From: an uncultured Chloroflexia bacterium
GTDB lineage: Bacteria; Chloroflexota; Anaerolineae; Anaerolineales; Villigracilaceae
DNA: 64,000 nucleotides
Reading direction: 5' to 3'
NCBI GenBank assembly: GCA_963833175.1
Contig: CAWHXC010000004.1
Span: 924-64,923 of the forward strand
The notes beneath the pieces are model-generated. The model had not been told where the DNA came from. It saw only the letters and a program-made list of their open reading frames with translations, and did no database searches. Positions within the stretch are counted from its first letter, which is position 1, and each line of letters opens with the position of its first letter. The position numbers were made by a program, and so were the translations under genes. Shown here one piece after another: positions 63,248 through 64,000 of this stretch.

Positions 63248-64000
63248 TTACTTCTTCTCTCGCCCGTAGACAGCGGTCCACCTTCCCTTTTGCTCTGGAT
63301 CAAATTCATACAACTTCTTGAGGTTGGAGGGTATTTCACTGAAATCCCTGATCCAAAGGACCTGCACTCCCAACGCGCCGAGTGTATCTTCCATCGCCGT
63401 ATCCAACTTTGAGATGTTACTCTTCTGCAGGATCGCAAAATGCCGCCCCACCTGCCTACGGATTTCCCTCTTCTGTTCATCTGAGATCAAGCCGCGTTTC
63501 ATCAAATCGATGGGGATGCTCATTTTGTTGGAGATGGCGTGCAGCCGTTCGAGTTTGGAATAATGCAGCATCCGCCTGATATTTTCATCCTGCATGGAGA
63601 GACCGATGAACAGACAGGAATACTCGCGCAGCAGATAGAGAAAAGTGTAATTAAAGATTCGGTTGGGCTGGTTGAAAAAGTCATAGTAGTCTTGTTCGGT
63701 GAGTACAATTCCTTCCACGGCGTTGAGGGATGAGTCAGGTTCACCTGCGGCGTAATGCAGGTAGCCGTGCATGTGATACAGGTTGAGCTGACCTGGATAC
63801 ACATTTGCGGAGGAATCCTCCACGGTGCGCATCAGGTGTCTTGTGGTCAATGTGGATATATAAGTTTGCAGCAGGGCATCCACGTTCAGAGTCGCCACGG
63901 CGCGTATCTTCGGGTTTACCTCAAACCTGCTGCTTGTCTTATATTTCTTGCGGACGAGACAGAGAGCCCCCACACTGCGCAAGGTTGGGTTGGGTGTATA
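63248..64000 (-). CDS. SIR2-like (SIR2_2) domain protein, 5'-truncated by window edge
   Basis: ATLNVDALL, LYHMHG, IVLTEQDY, LFIGLSMQDENI pattern. Confidence 0.75.
   Translation of the reverse strand, partial: YTPNPTLRSVGALCLVRKKYKTSSRFEVNPKIRAVATLNVDALLQTYISTLTTRHLMRTVEDSSANVYPGQLNLYHMHGYLHYAAGEPDSSLNAVEGIVLTEQDYYDFFNQPNRIFNYTFLYLLREYSCLFIGLSMQDENIRRMLHYSKLERLHAISNKMSIPIDLMKRGLISDEQKREIRRQVGRHFAILQKSNISKLDTAMEDTLGALGVQVLWIRDFSEIPSNLKKLYEFDPEQKGRWTAVYGREKK

Noticed and set aside
1-64000. CRISPR array or rRNA
   Set aside because: No regularly spaced direct repeats or rRNA-like sequence seen; the repetitiveness comes from paralogous coding domains.

Overview
Bacterial chromosomal DNA whose gene content and protein style suggest Chloroflexota/Anaerolineae (inference). 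1-14.5 kb holds ordinary metabolic and housekeeping genes: fused L-serine dehydratase, ADP-forming acyl-CoA synthetase, MOSC, polysaccharide deacetylase, pirin, NUDIX, YbaK, FAH, typA. About 14.8-58.7 kb is an extremely signalling-dense region. Its core (19.6-53.7 kb, + strand, just after tRNA-Gly) runs: two stand-alone receivers, 12 tandem membrane receptors with varied sensor domains and GAF domains but no kinase/MCP/cyclase output, an orphan ParA, one hybrid histidine kinase, a threonine-synthase-like/REC fusion and an EamA transporter. All 12 receptors end in what looks like only the N-terminal part of a GAF domain, and 11 carry an orphan C-terminal GAF part just before it. The kinase starts with a ParB-like basic peptide plus only the C-terminal GAF part. 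My hypothesis is a chemosensory-array analogue assembled by split-GAF complementation and positioned by ParA. A roadblock(MglB)-V4R-REC/GGDEF operon is divergent on the left, and a two-kinase/OmpR operon converges on the right. The window ends in a partial SIR2-like gene. Many genes carry frameshifts, probably read/assembly errors. All domain calls are by eye from motifs; no searches were run.
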